Shown: positions 54,646 through 62,783 of the stretch, piece by piece | How the letters are laid out: every line of letters starts with the position of its first letter | Position numbering within the stretch: the first letter of the stretch is position 1 | DNA from: Candidatus Brennerbacteria bacterium | GTDB lineage: Bacteria; Patescibacteriota; Minisyncoccia; UBA6257; GWB1-50-10 | Direction of reading: 5' to 3' | Assembly: GCA_043799565.1 (NCBI GenBank) | Contig: JAZDNP010000015.1 | Span: 12,557-76,556 of the forward strand | Length of the DNA: 64,000 nt | Made by a program: the position numbers and the translations under genes | Notes under the pieces: model-generated | Databases searched by the model: none | The model's input: the letters and a program-made list of their open reading frames with translations, nothing else | What the model was told of the DNA's origin: nothing

Positions 54646-56556
54646 ATGGCAAAAATATTAGGAATTGACCTCGGCACGACGAACTCCGCGATGGCGGTGA
54701 TGGAGGGCGGGAGTCCCCGCGTATTGGAAAATCACGAAGGGAATCGCACGACCCCGTCCATTGTCGCGCTCTCCAAGTCCAGCGAGCGTCTCGTGGGCAC
54801 CACCGCAAAGCGGCAGGGCGTGGTGAATCCGAAAAATACTATTTTCTCCATCAAGCGCCTAATCGGCCGTCCGTGGAAGGATCCGGAGGTCGCGCGCGAC
54901 AAGGAGTGGTTCCCGTTCACCATCAAAGAATCGAGCTCTCACGGTGTGGAAATCATGATGGGGGAGCGCGGGTACAAGCCGGAGGAAATCTCGGCAATGG
55001 TGCTTCAAAAACTGAAAGCGGATGCGGAGGCGAAGTTGGGAGAAAAGATAGATGAGGCGGTCATCACGGTGCCGGCATATTTTGATGATTCACAGCGGCA
55101 AGCGACCAAGAACGCGGGTGAGATCGCCGGATTCAAGGTGCGCCGCATTTTGAACGAACCGACTGCGGCGGCGCTTGCCTATGGTTTGGACAAACAAAAG
55201 AACGAAAAAATAGTGGTCTATGACTTCGGGGGCGGCACGTTCGATATCTCCGTGCTTGAAGTGGGAGATAACACGGTGGAAGTGAAGGCGACGGGCGGTG
55301 ATACGCACCTCGGGGGCGACGACTTTGATAAGAAGATCATTGAATATCTCGTGGCTGAATATAAGAGCCGCGAGGGCGTGGACATCGCAAAGGATCCTCT
55401 CGCTGTACAACGCCTGAAGGAAGCGGCCGAGCGCGCGAAGCACGAACTTTCCACGGCGGTGGAGACGGAAATCAATCTTCCGTACATCACCTCCGGTGCC
55501 GATGGCCCCAAGCACTTTGTGATGAAGCTCACACGGGCGAAATTGGAAGACCTCGTGCGGGGCGAGATAGCGCGCTCCATCGTGCTTGTGAAGGAGGCGG
55601 TGACCGCCGTTGCTCCGAAGGGTGCGGGGCTGAAGCTTTCCGACATTGATGAGGTGGTTCTCGTCGGCGGCCAAACGCGCATGCCGCTTATCCAGGAGGA
55701 GGTGAAAAAACTTTTTGGAAAAGAGCCGCACCAGGGCATTAACCCCGATGAAGTGGTTGCGGTAGGCGCCGCCATACAAGCAGGCATTCTCCAAGGGGAT
55801 GTAAAGGATATTCTTCTTCTGGACGTTACTCCTCTCACGCTTGCGATAGAAACCTTAGGAGGCGTTGCAACACCTATGATAGCGAAGAACACCACCGTGC
55901 CGACCGCAAAAACGCAGGTGTTTTCCACTGCGGCGGACAACCAAACATCCGTGGAAATCCACATAAGTCAGGGGGAACGGCCTATGACGGCGGACAACAA
56001 AACGCTTGCGCGTTTCATTTTGGACGGTATTCCACCCTCGCCGCGCGGCATGCCGCAAGTGGAAGTAACGTTCGATATAGACGCGAACGGAATCTTGACC
56101 GTGTCCGCGAAGGACAAGGCGACTGGTAAGGCGCAATCGGTAAAGATAGAAGCGTCTACCTCGCTCTCCAAGGAAGAGATTGAACGGCTGAAAAAGGAAG
56201 CGGAGCTTCATGCCGCGGAAGACGCGAAGAAGCGCGAACTCATTGATGCGCGGAACCAGGCAGAGTCATTGCTGTATATTGCGGAGAAAAGTTTGAAGGA
56301 TGCAGGCGAGAAAGTTGCGGAAGACATTAAGAAAGCGGTGACGGAAAAAATAGATGCGCTGAAGGGCGTAAAAGACGCGGAAGATATGGAAGCCATCAAG
56401 GCAAAAACTCAGGAACTTTCCACTGAGCTCCAAAAGATAGGAGAGGCGCTCTATAAGAATCCCTCGCCTCCTCAAGGTGAAGGCTCGGGACCTGCGGTCG
56501 AGAACGAACCCAAAACACCGCCCGAAACACCTCCCGAAACGTCTCCGAACGGTTAG
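54646..56556 (+). CDS. dnaK: Molecular chaperone DnaK (Hsp70)
   Basis: [14 protein letters not shown]..., DLGGGTFD, and an EEVD-less C-terminus; full-length Hsp70. Confidence 0.95.
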   Translation: MAKILGIDLGTTNSAMAVMEGGSPRVLENHEGNRTTPSIVALSKSSERLVGTTAKRQGVVNPKNTIFSIKRLIGRPWKDPEVARDKEWFPFTIKESSSHGVEIMMGERGYKPEEISAMVLQKLKADAEAKLGEKIDEAVITVPAYFDDSQRQATKNAGEIAGFKVRRILNEPTAAALAYGLDKQKNEKIVVYDFGGGTFDISVLEVGDNTVEVKATGGDTHLGGDDFDKKIIEYLVAEYKSREGVDIAKDPLAVQRLKEAAERAKHELSTAVETEINLPYITSGADGPKHFVMKLTRAKLEDLVRGEIARSIVLVKEAVTAVAPKGAGLKLSDIDEVVLVGGQTRMPLIQEEVKKLFGKEPHQGINPDEVVAVGAAIQAGILQGDVKDILLLDVTPLTLAIETLGGVATPMIAKNTTVPTAKTQVFSTAADNQTSVEIHISQGERPMTADNKTLARFILDGIPPSPRGMPQVEVTFDIDANGILTVSAKDKATGKAQSVKIEASTSLSKEEIERLKKEAELHAAEDAKKRELIDARNQAESLLYIAEKSLKDAGEKVAEDIKKAVTEKIDALKGVKDAEDMEAIKAKTQELSTELQKIGEALYKNPSPPQGEGSGPAVENEPKTPPETPPETSPNG

Positions 56557-56565
56557 AATGAATAC

Positions 56566-57639
56566 ATGCAAAACCACGTGAACGTAGTGAGCCAGTCGAA
56601 AGACGAAGAGCGCGACGGTGCGCTGTGGAAGGTCATTCTTCTTGCGATAGTGGGAGTTGGCGCGAACCTTCTTGCGACGAGCGCGCTTAACACCTACCTC
56701 GCCACCGCAACCTCCGAACTCCTTTTCGTTATCGCGGGTGCGGCGCTTGTGGCTACTTCCGTATTCGTGCTCCAAGCGCTCTTTGTGAAATCCGCACTTC
56801 TCCTCCGGGTCGTGGTGCTTATAGAAACGTTCGTGCCTCTTGCGCTTTTTACCGGAAAACTTTTTCCAGACACCTCGCTCGTGCTTCTCGGCGCGGTAGC
56901 ACTCTTTTTCTTTTTTGCGAACATGGGTTCCGTGCGAGGGCTTCGGCAGGCGGCGGCGAATATGTCCGTCCATTTTTTTGACACCGCACGTACCGTGATA
57001 CCGAAAGTTTTGACCGGCGCGCTCCTTTTCATGACCGCGCTTATCTATCTCACGTATTTTTCATGGGGCACGCTGAACGAAGCGGTGGGGCGGAGGTTTG
57101 TGAATCAGGTGCTTACCTCCGCGGACCCGGTGCTTCGGCTCTACTTCTCCACCGTTTCGGTGGACCAGAACGTGGAGAAATTCATTCGCGAGGTAGTGCG
57201 CTCGCAGCTTTTGGGAGAGAAGAACAATATACTTGGTTCTCTCGTGGAGGATTCTAATCTGCCCGGTCAGGCAGGAGATGAGATTGAGGTATTCCGGAAT
57301 CTTCCCGTGCCACAGCGCGATGCCATCATCGCGCGGGTAGCGGAGAACTTCCGGGCGTCGCTCACCCCTATTCTCGGAGCATTGGACCCGCAGGAGCCCG
57401 TGCGCGACGTGGCATATCGGATTTTGGAGGAGCGTTTCAGCTCGCTCTCGCCGTCGCAGTCCGCAACATTCACGATAGGCGGATTGCTGCTCGTATTCTT
57501 TGCGCTCAAAGGATTTCTGTCGCTCTTCCATTGGCTTATCGCGGCCGTGGCGTATCTCATTTTCAAGCTACTTGTGACATTCGGGTTTGCGCGCATGGGA
57601 GTTTCCACACAGACGCGTGAGTTCGTTATTCTTTCGTAA
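56566..57639 (+). CDS. Hypothetical polytopic membrane protein inserted between dnaK and dnaJ
   Basis: 357 aa with multiple hydrophobic helices and no recognisable motif. Confidence 0.5.
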   Translation: MQNHVNVVSQSKDEERDGALWKVILLAIVGVGANLLATSALNTYLATATSELLFVIAGAALVATSVFVLQALFVKSALLLRVVVLIETFVPLALFTGKLFPDTSLVLLGAVALFFFFANMGSVRGLRQAAANMSVHFFDTARTVIPKVLTGALLFMTALIYLTYFSWGTLNEAVGRRFVNQVLTSADPVLRLYFSTVSVDQNVEKFIREVVRSQLLGEKNNILGSLVEDSNLPGQAGDEIEVFRNLPVPQRDAIIARVAENFRASLTPILGALDPQEPVRDVAYRILEERFSSLSPSQSATFTIGGLLLVFFALKGFLSLFHWLIAAVAYLIFKLLVTFGFARMGVSTQTREFVILS

Positions 57640-57654
57640 GCACGCAAGGTATTT

Positions 57655-58752
57655 ATGAGTAAGGATTATTACAAAATTTTGGGCGTGGTGAAGAGCGCTT
57701 CGGAAGAAGAGGTAAAGAAAGCGTACCGCAAGCTCGCGCACGAACATCACCCCGACAAATCGGGCGGCTCTGAGGCGAAGTTCAAGGAAGTAAACGAGGC
57801 CTACCAGGTGCTGGGGAACAAGGAGAAGCGCGCACAATATGACAGATTCGGACAGGTGTTCGAGGGCGGTCCCTCGGGGTACTCGGGACAAAGCCCCTTC
57901 GGTGGCTTTGGGGGATTCAACCCGCAGGGTTTCCACGTGAACATGGAGGACTTTGGCGACCTCGGCGATATATTTGAAGGAATGTTCGAGCAGTTCGGCG
58001 GTGGGCGCCGGCGCGAAACATATAAGCGCGGGTCGGACGTGGAAGTGGTGGCGGAACTTTCGCTTTTGGAAGCGTTCCAGGGTATGACGCGCACCATTCG
58101 ATTTGCGACCGCGGTTACGTGCGCGAAATGCAAAGGAATCGGGTACGACAAAACGAAGGGCACGGCACAGTGTGAAACGTGCAAAGGGAAAGGCGAGGTG
58201 CGCGAGGCGCGCCGCACATTCTTCGGGAACTTTACGCAGGTGCGGAGCTGCCCCACGTGTAAAGGGAGAGGCGAGACGCCGAACGAGGAATGCAAGCTTT
58301 GCGGGGGCACGGGACGCACTACGGGCACGCGTGAAGTGAACATACAGATTGCCGCGGGCGTTGAAGACGGGCAGGTCATCAAAGTGACAGGTATGGGCGA
58401 GGCGGGGGAACAGGGAGCGTCTGCCGGAGACCTCTACGTCATTGTTCGCGTGAAGCCACACGGAACATTTGAAAGGAAACGTATGGATCTTTTCACATCG
58501 CACGAAATAAAACTTACCGACCTCGCGCTCGGAAAGTCGTTCACGATTGAGGGCGTGGACGGCGAGCATGTCAAAGTTGAGATACCCGCCGGGTACGATA
58601 TCCACGAACTCTTGAAGGTTTCAGGGAAGGGGATGCCGCGCTTCGGCTCTTTCGGCCGCGGCGACCTTTACCTTACGCTCCGCGTGACAACACCGAAGAA
58701 ACTTTCCACGAAGGCGAAGAAATTACTTGACGAGTTGGAAGGAGAATTGTAA
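57655..58752 (+). CDS. dnaJ: Molecular chaperone DnaJ
   Basis: J domain with HPD (YRKLAHEHHPDK), a G/F region, four CxxCxGxG zinc-finger repeats, and a C-terminal domain. Confidence 0.9.
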   Translation: MSKDYYKILGVVKSASEEEVKKAYRKLAHEHHPDKSGGSEAKFKEVNEAYQVLGNKEKRAQYDRFGQVFEGGPSGYSGQSPFGGFGGFNPQGFHVNMEDFGDLGDIFEGMFEQFGGGRRRETYKRGSDVEVVAELSLLEAFQGMTRTIRFATAVTCAKCKGIGYDKTKGTAQCETCKGKGEVREARRTFFGNFTQVRSCPTCKGRGETPNEECKLCGGTGRTTGTREVNIQIAAGVEDGQVIKVTGMGEAGEQGASAGDLYVIVRVKPHGTFERKRMDLFTSHEIKLTDLALGKSFTIEGVDGEHVKVEIPAGYDIHELLKVSGKGMPRFGSFGRGDLYLTLRVTTPKKLSTKAKKLLDELEGEL

Positions 58753-58761
58753 AGTGCAGAT

Positions 58762-59454
58762 ATGAAAAATGAGAATCCCTTTGAGAGGGAAGAACGGAAA
58801 GTACAGGAAAACCCAGTCCATGAAAGGTTGGGGAGGACCGAGTTGCCGTCGGAGCATTATCAAGTTCCGGAAGAGTTGAAGGAAGAAGTGCGCGCCGAAG
58901 ACGACGCAATCCTTCTTGAAGAATCCGAAGAACGGCAAAAAGAAAAACGCGGTGAAAATTTCGTGCAGATAGAAGAACTACCCGATGACTCATTAAGGAA
59001 CCTTGAAGAAGAAATTCTTGCAAAAGTTGACGCAGGTATCAATGGTCAGGCGGCTGATGAAGTGGTCCGCCTGTTCTTAGAGGGGAAAATAGACATTGAT
59101 GAGGATATCCTCGGAGAGTTGGTCGCTGCGGGCGTGATCAGTGAGGAAGAAACGCGCGACGCCTCGCGGAATAACGGGAAACACACAGGTTCTAAGCCAA
59201 AGCTGCCGAAGGCTCTCTGGGAGAAGGTAAAGGAGTTTTCCCTTCCTGCGCCGAAATGGAATGCGCTCCCTTCGGAGGAGCAGGAGCGGCGGAAAGATGA
59301 AGTGAGAAAAGCAAAACGGGAGTATTTTGATCAGAAGCTAAAGAATATTGTGGAACTGGCGAGAAGCGGTTTGAGCCCGAGCGGGTGGGACCTCCTCACG
59401 AAACAAGAAAAAGCCAAGCGCCTTGAGGACGCGCGGAATTTCTACGAGCGATAG
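58762..59454 (+). CDS. Hypothetical acidic protein
   Basis: 230 aa, rich in E/K/R, likely helical; no motif. Confidence 0.45.
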   Translation: MKNENPFEREERKVQENPVHERLGRTELPSEHYQVPEELKEEVRAEDDAILLEESEERQKEKRGENFVQIEELPDDSLRNLEEEILAKVDAGINGQAADEVVRLFLEGKIDIDEDILGELVAAGVISEEETRDASRNNGKHTGSKPKLPKALWEKVKEFSLPAPKWNALPSEEQERRKDEVRKAKREYFDQKLKNIVELARSGLSPSGWDLLTKQEKAKRLEDARNFYER

Positions 59455-59484
59455 CGGTTTCTAAAAAGCCGTACCCGCTTTTTA

Positions 59485-59514
59485 TTGACAAGTAGCATTT
59501 TCAAGTGCTATTCT
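59485..59514 (+). promoter_or_regulatory. Sigma70-like promoter TTGACA-18-TATTCT upstream of gene 59558-60166
   Basis: -35 at 59485-59490 and -10 at 59509-59514. SD GGAGGG lies 8 nt before the ATG at 59558. Confidence 0.4.
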
Positions 59515-59557
59515 ATTTTTTAGCATCCAACAAAATCCCGTCTCGGAGGGAACACTT

Positions 59558-60166
59558 ATGGCGGATAGGCGCGAAGTGGTTGCGATAATAGGCTCCGGAT
59601 TCCGAAGCTCTCAAGACGATCGATTGGACATATGGGGTTATCGTCGGTTGATGAAGGCGATTGAGGTGTTCGATTTCTGCGACTTACCTGAAAATCGGAT
59701 CAACCTAATCATCACTGGTCTTGTACAACATCCGAAGACAAAGAGGAGCTTTAGCGACGCGGCCCAAAAATTGGCGCAGAGCAAAGGCATCTGTCCTTTG
59801 TCAATCTGGCGCTTTGAGAACGATGCGACAGACAAGTACACACTGAATACTCTCGGTGATGTCAAGGCGATTCTTGTTTGCGTGAATACATTTCATGTGG
59901 AACGTCTGACGGTGATAACGGAGACCCCGCATTGGTTGTTTCGGGTCAGACGTCTCTTTCGGAAGGAAGCGCCAAGCTTGGAAATTCGTTTTCTGTCGAG
60001 TGCGTCCGCACCGTTATGGTACTGGGCGAAGGAGTTCCTTGCGGGTATTTTGTCGCGAATACCTCTTGTTGGCAAAACGGATTCCAGATTTAACCGATTT
60101 TTTGTAAGAAGGTGGAGGAGCGTTGCTTCATACTTCGGGCTCTATGTAGTAGATCCCGACCGGTAG
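59558..60166 (+). CDS. Hypothetical protein encoded in a locally lower-GC segment
   Basis: 202 aa. It has its own promoter, a strong SD and a terminator. A/T-rich third codon positions contrast with the neighbouring genes. Confidence 0.5.
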   Translation: MADRREVVAIIGSGFRSSQDDRLDIWGYRRLMKAIEVFDFCDLPENRINLIITGLVQHPKTKRSFSDAAQKLAQSKGICPLSIWRFENDATDKYTLNTLGDVKAILVCVNTFHVERLTVITETPHWLFRVRRLFRKEAPSLEIRFLSSASAPLWYWAKEFLAGILSRIPLVGKTDSRFNRFFVRRWRSVASYFGLYVVDPDR

Positions 60167-60188
60167 CGACATCTCTTATGTGGCGGCG

Positions 60189-60220
60189 GCGAGGAGTCAT
60201 TCCTCGCCGTTTTTGTTTTG
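60189..60220 (+). terminator. Rho-independent terminator (stem ggcgagga/tcctcgcc, loop gtcat, then GTTTTTGTTTT)
   Basis: Read directly, 23 nt after the stop at 60166. Confidence 0.55.
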
Positions 60221-60233
60221 CGGTGTGATTTGT

Positions 60234-60261
60234 TGACACTTTCAATATTTTTGCTATATTA
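60234..60261 (+). promoter_or_regulatory. Sigma70-like promoter TTGACA-16-TATATT for the rplJ-rplL operon
   Basis: -35 at 60234-60239 and -10 at 60256-60261. The predicted transcription start lies about 270 nt upstream of rplJ. Confidence 0.45.
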
Positions 60262-60536
60262 AAAAGGTCCGTAGACCGTAGGCGGGGGATACCCGGAAGT
60301 CCTACCGAGGCTAGATACCGAGCTTCGCTCGATATCGCCCGATTGTGCGAGAGCACAATTTAGGGGTGCGCCGCTAATAGGCGCGTACCACTACGGCTCA
60401 AAGGTCGTGGTTTTTTGTTTAATTTTATTGAAAATTAAACATCCTGAACGTAGTGAAGGACTATAAAATTGAGCAATCCCTCCTTTGTTGGGATACTGAG
60501 TTTTGTAGCATCGCTTTGCTCAGACAAAATTCGTAA
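60262..60536 (+). ncRNA. Long structured 5' leader of rplJ (candidate L10(L12)4 autoregulatory leader), with an internal hairpin plus T-tract attenuator-like element near 60380-60412
   Basis: About 270-nt untranslated leader with several GC stems (e.g. gcgcc-gctaata-ggcgc at about 60362-60380) and ...ggtcgtggttttttgttt. Position and length fit the known L10 leader mechanism; no covariance evidence is available. Confidence 0.35.
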
Positions 60537-61058
60537 ATGAAAACAAAAGCACAAAAGAAAATACAGATAGAGAGCGGTGTGAAGGGTATCGCGAAGAGCG
60601 AAACCCTGGTTCTCGCCGATTTCACCGGCGTGCCGACCTCGGAACTCAATGCGTTCCGTAAAACGCTCCGCACCATGGGGGCGGCGTTCACGGTGGTGAA
60701 AAAGCGGCTCTTTAAGCTAATGTTGAAAGAGGGCGGGATAGAATTTGACCCGAAGTCGCTGAATGGCCAGCTCGGGGTCGTATTCTCGCCGAAGGACCTC
60801 GTGGAAACCGCGGGAGCGACGTACCGTTTCTCCACTCGCCTCGCTGGAGCTATGGCGAAGCGGGAAGGCAAGGAGGCGTTCAAAATATTGGGTGGTTTCG
60901 ACCTTAAGGAGAAACGGTTTATTGAAGGCGCAGATGTGATTCGCTACGGTGCGCTTCCCTCGCGTGAAGTACTCCTTGGGCAGCTCGTGGGTATGCTCAC
61001 AGTTCCCATCCGTCAATTCATGACCGTGATGAACGAAAGGGCGAAGAAATTAAATTAA
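60537..61058 (+). CDS. rplJ: 50S ribosomal protein L10
   Basis: 173 aa with a canonical L10 fold (...[19 protein letters not shown]...). Confidence 0.9.
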   Translation: MKTKAQKKIQIESGVKGIAKSETLVLADFTGVPTSELNAFRKTLRTMGAAFTVVKKRLFKLMLKEGGIEFDPKSLNGQLGVVFSPKDLVETAGATYRFSTRLAGAMAKREGKEAFKILGGFDLKEKRFIEGADVIRYGALPSREVLLGQLVGMLTVPIRQFMTVMNERAKKLN

Positions 61059-61062
61059 TCAT

Positions 61063-61428
61063 ATGGAAAAATACAACGACATAATCGAAAAAGTTGAGAA
61101 GTTGACCGTGATGGAGCTTTCCGAGCTCGTAAAGGCGCTTGAAGAGAAGTTCGGCGTATCGGCGGCCGCGATGGCGGTTGCAGGAGGCGGCTCAGGCACT
61201 GAGGCGGCGGAAGAGAAGACCGCGTGGACGGTAGTTCTCAAGGCCGCGGGCGATCTCAAAATCAACGTCATCAAGGCGGTGAAGGAAGCGACTGGTCTTG
61301 GCCTCAAAGAGGCGAAGGACATCGTGGACAGCGCTCCGAAGCCGGTGAAGGAGGGGATGAAGAAAGACGAGGCCGAAGAGCTGAAGAAAAAGCTTGAGGC
61401 GGCCGGAGCAACGGTAGAATTGCTTTAG
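61063..61428 (+). CDS. rplL: 50S ribosomal protein L7/L12
   Basis: N-terminal dimerisation helix, an Ala/Gly hinge, and a C-terminal domain ...[33 protein letters not shown]...[16 protein letters not shown]. Confidence 0.9.
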   Translation: MEKYNDIIEKVEKLTVMELSELVKALEEKFGVSAAAMAVAGGGSGTEAAEEKTAWTVVLKAAGDLKINVIKAVKEATGLGLKEAKDIVDSAPKPVKEGMKKDEAEELKKKLEAAGATVELL

Positions 61429-61442
61429 TTCTCACCAGCGAA

Positions 61443-61489
61443 CAAAAAAGGCGCCTGTCGACATGTTGTCGGCGGGCGCCTTTACGTTT
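61443..61489. terminator. Bidirectional terminator between rplL and the convergent minus-strand gene (GGCGCC...GGCGCC stem; the minus-strand reading ends in TTTTTTGTT)
   Basis: aaaaaaggcgcctgtcgacatgttgtcggcgggcgcctttacgttt. The minus strand has a good U-tract; the plus strand has a weaker T-rich tail. Confidence 0.55.
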
Positions 61490-62627
61490 GATTGCCGTTT
61501 GCACGGCCCTTCCTCGTTCTCGGTTTGATATGGTGTTGCCAATCAATGCCGGGAAAGAGTTCCTGATGGTATGGCACACGTTCCATTGGAAGGAGGATGC
61601 CCACGTCGTAGTAGATGGCGGCGGGGGCGACCTTCGTACACCAGCTCTCCACCGGGCAAATACCGCAGGGATCGCGATAGTTTTTTGGCCATAACCCGGG
61701 GTTCTTTTTCAGCTCTTCGGGAAGAACGAACGTTTTTCCCGCGTCGCGCGAGATGTTCTGGTGGTGCTCCGCGCAGAGACGCCGACTTAAGGTCCAGAGC
61801 GCAGGATTCACGTGCATGTGAGAGATGTGGTTCTTCACGAGAAATCCTTGCGACCAGATGGCAACCGTATCCATTATCTCTTCGCTCACGCGAGCAAAGG
61901 GAAATCCGTAGAGCATCTTCGGGTAGCGTGGGTTTTCGGGCAACGGCTTCGTCTCGATATCAATGACGCCGAGTGTCCAAAGCGCGCGAAGTGCGTGAAA
62001 ATCCACGGGAATCGGAGTAGGGAACTTCGGAACGACATTTTGTTCCTGGAGCCATATGGTGAAGAGCGAGAATATTTTCCGCCGCATCCCCTTGATGCCG
62101 GTGCCGTTGAGATGTTTCCAGTCAATGCGGGCAAAAGCTTCTTCAAAATCGGAAACGCCCTCGAATATATTCAAGATGTTTCCGTCCCAGTGCTCGCTCA
62201 ATACTTTGGAGTTGTGGCACCAATGTTCCGAGAGTTCCTCGAGCTTGTAGCCAAGTGGGCCGACTCCTTGCGTCTCCGTTCTGCGTTGCGTGCCGCGTAT
62301 CTCCGTTGTGACTGCTTGAATCGCGACCCGTAAACGATTTGGATTCCAGATACTTCTCACCCTGTGTGGTTGGAAAGCGCTGGGGTATCGTTCGCGGAGC
62401 GCGAGCAGCCACTTGAAAGGATCTTCACTCACAATTCCTCCCCGCATAGTATGTGCGGAGTAAAAGTAGTAAAGTGCCTTCTCCTGCCTGGTTCCGTCAA
62501 CATCCCAAATCTCCTCAGGGAGTCTTTCTCCCTTGAATATTCCTTCTCGCCGCTCCCAAAGCGGGGCGAGAATGCTGAACACCTGAAGCGCGCGTTCCTC
62601 ATTGAAACGCACCTTGCTGGTTTTCAT
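61482..62627 (-). CDS. Hypothetical protein with a C-terminal Cys cluster; possibly an HhH-type DNA-repair glycosylase-like fold (weak)
   Basis: Start assigned to the ATG at 62627, which has SD AGGGAG 6 nt upstream on the minus strand; the ORF-track start at 62738 lacks an SD. A Gly-rich HhH-like segment LNGTGIKGMRRKIF and CAEHH...CGICPVESWC hint at an Fe-S-containing HhH-GPD-like enzyme. Confidence 0.45.
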   Translation of the reverse strand: MKTSKVRFNEERALQVFSILAPLWERREGIFKGERLPEEIWDVDGTRQEKALYYFYSAHTMRGGIVSEDPFKWLLALRERYPSAFQPHRVRSIWNPNRLRVAIQAVTTEIRGTQRRTETQGVGPLGYKLEELSEHWCHNSKVLSEHWDGNILNIFEGVSDFEEAFARIDWKHLNGTGIKGMRRKIFSLFTIWLQEQNVVPKFPTPIPVDFHALRALWTLGVIDIETKPLPENPRYPKMLYGFPFARVSEEIMDTVAIWSQGFLVKNHISHMHVNPALWTLSRRLCAEHHQNISRDAGKTFVLPEELKKNPGLWPKNYRDPCGICPVESWCTKVAPAAIYYDVGILLPMERVPYHQELFPGIDWQHHIKPRTRKGRANGNQT

Positions 62628-62783
62628 ACTCGTCTCCCTGAACGGTGGATGGATGTGAATTAACTGCGACCACTCTAACAGGGGAGCGGCGTGGAGGGCA
62701 AGCGATGCGTTGACGTGGGTCGGACTTCGGTGGCACACTGACCGCAGTAACCCAACAATTCAAGAACCAAAAAGGAGCTCGCC

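Noticed and set aside
60240-60400. Possible RNase P RNA, SRP RNA or tRNA in the spacer before rplJ
   Set aside because: There is only a loose motif resemblance (ccggaagtcc), the available length is too short for RNase P RNA, and no cloverleaf is found. Position and structure are better explained as the rplJ leader. It is kept as a low-confidence leader feature instead.
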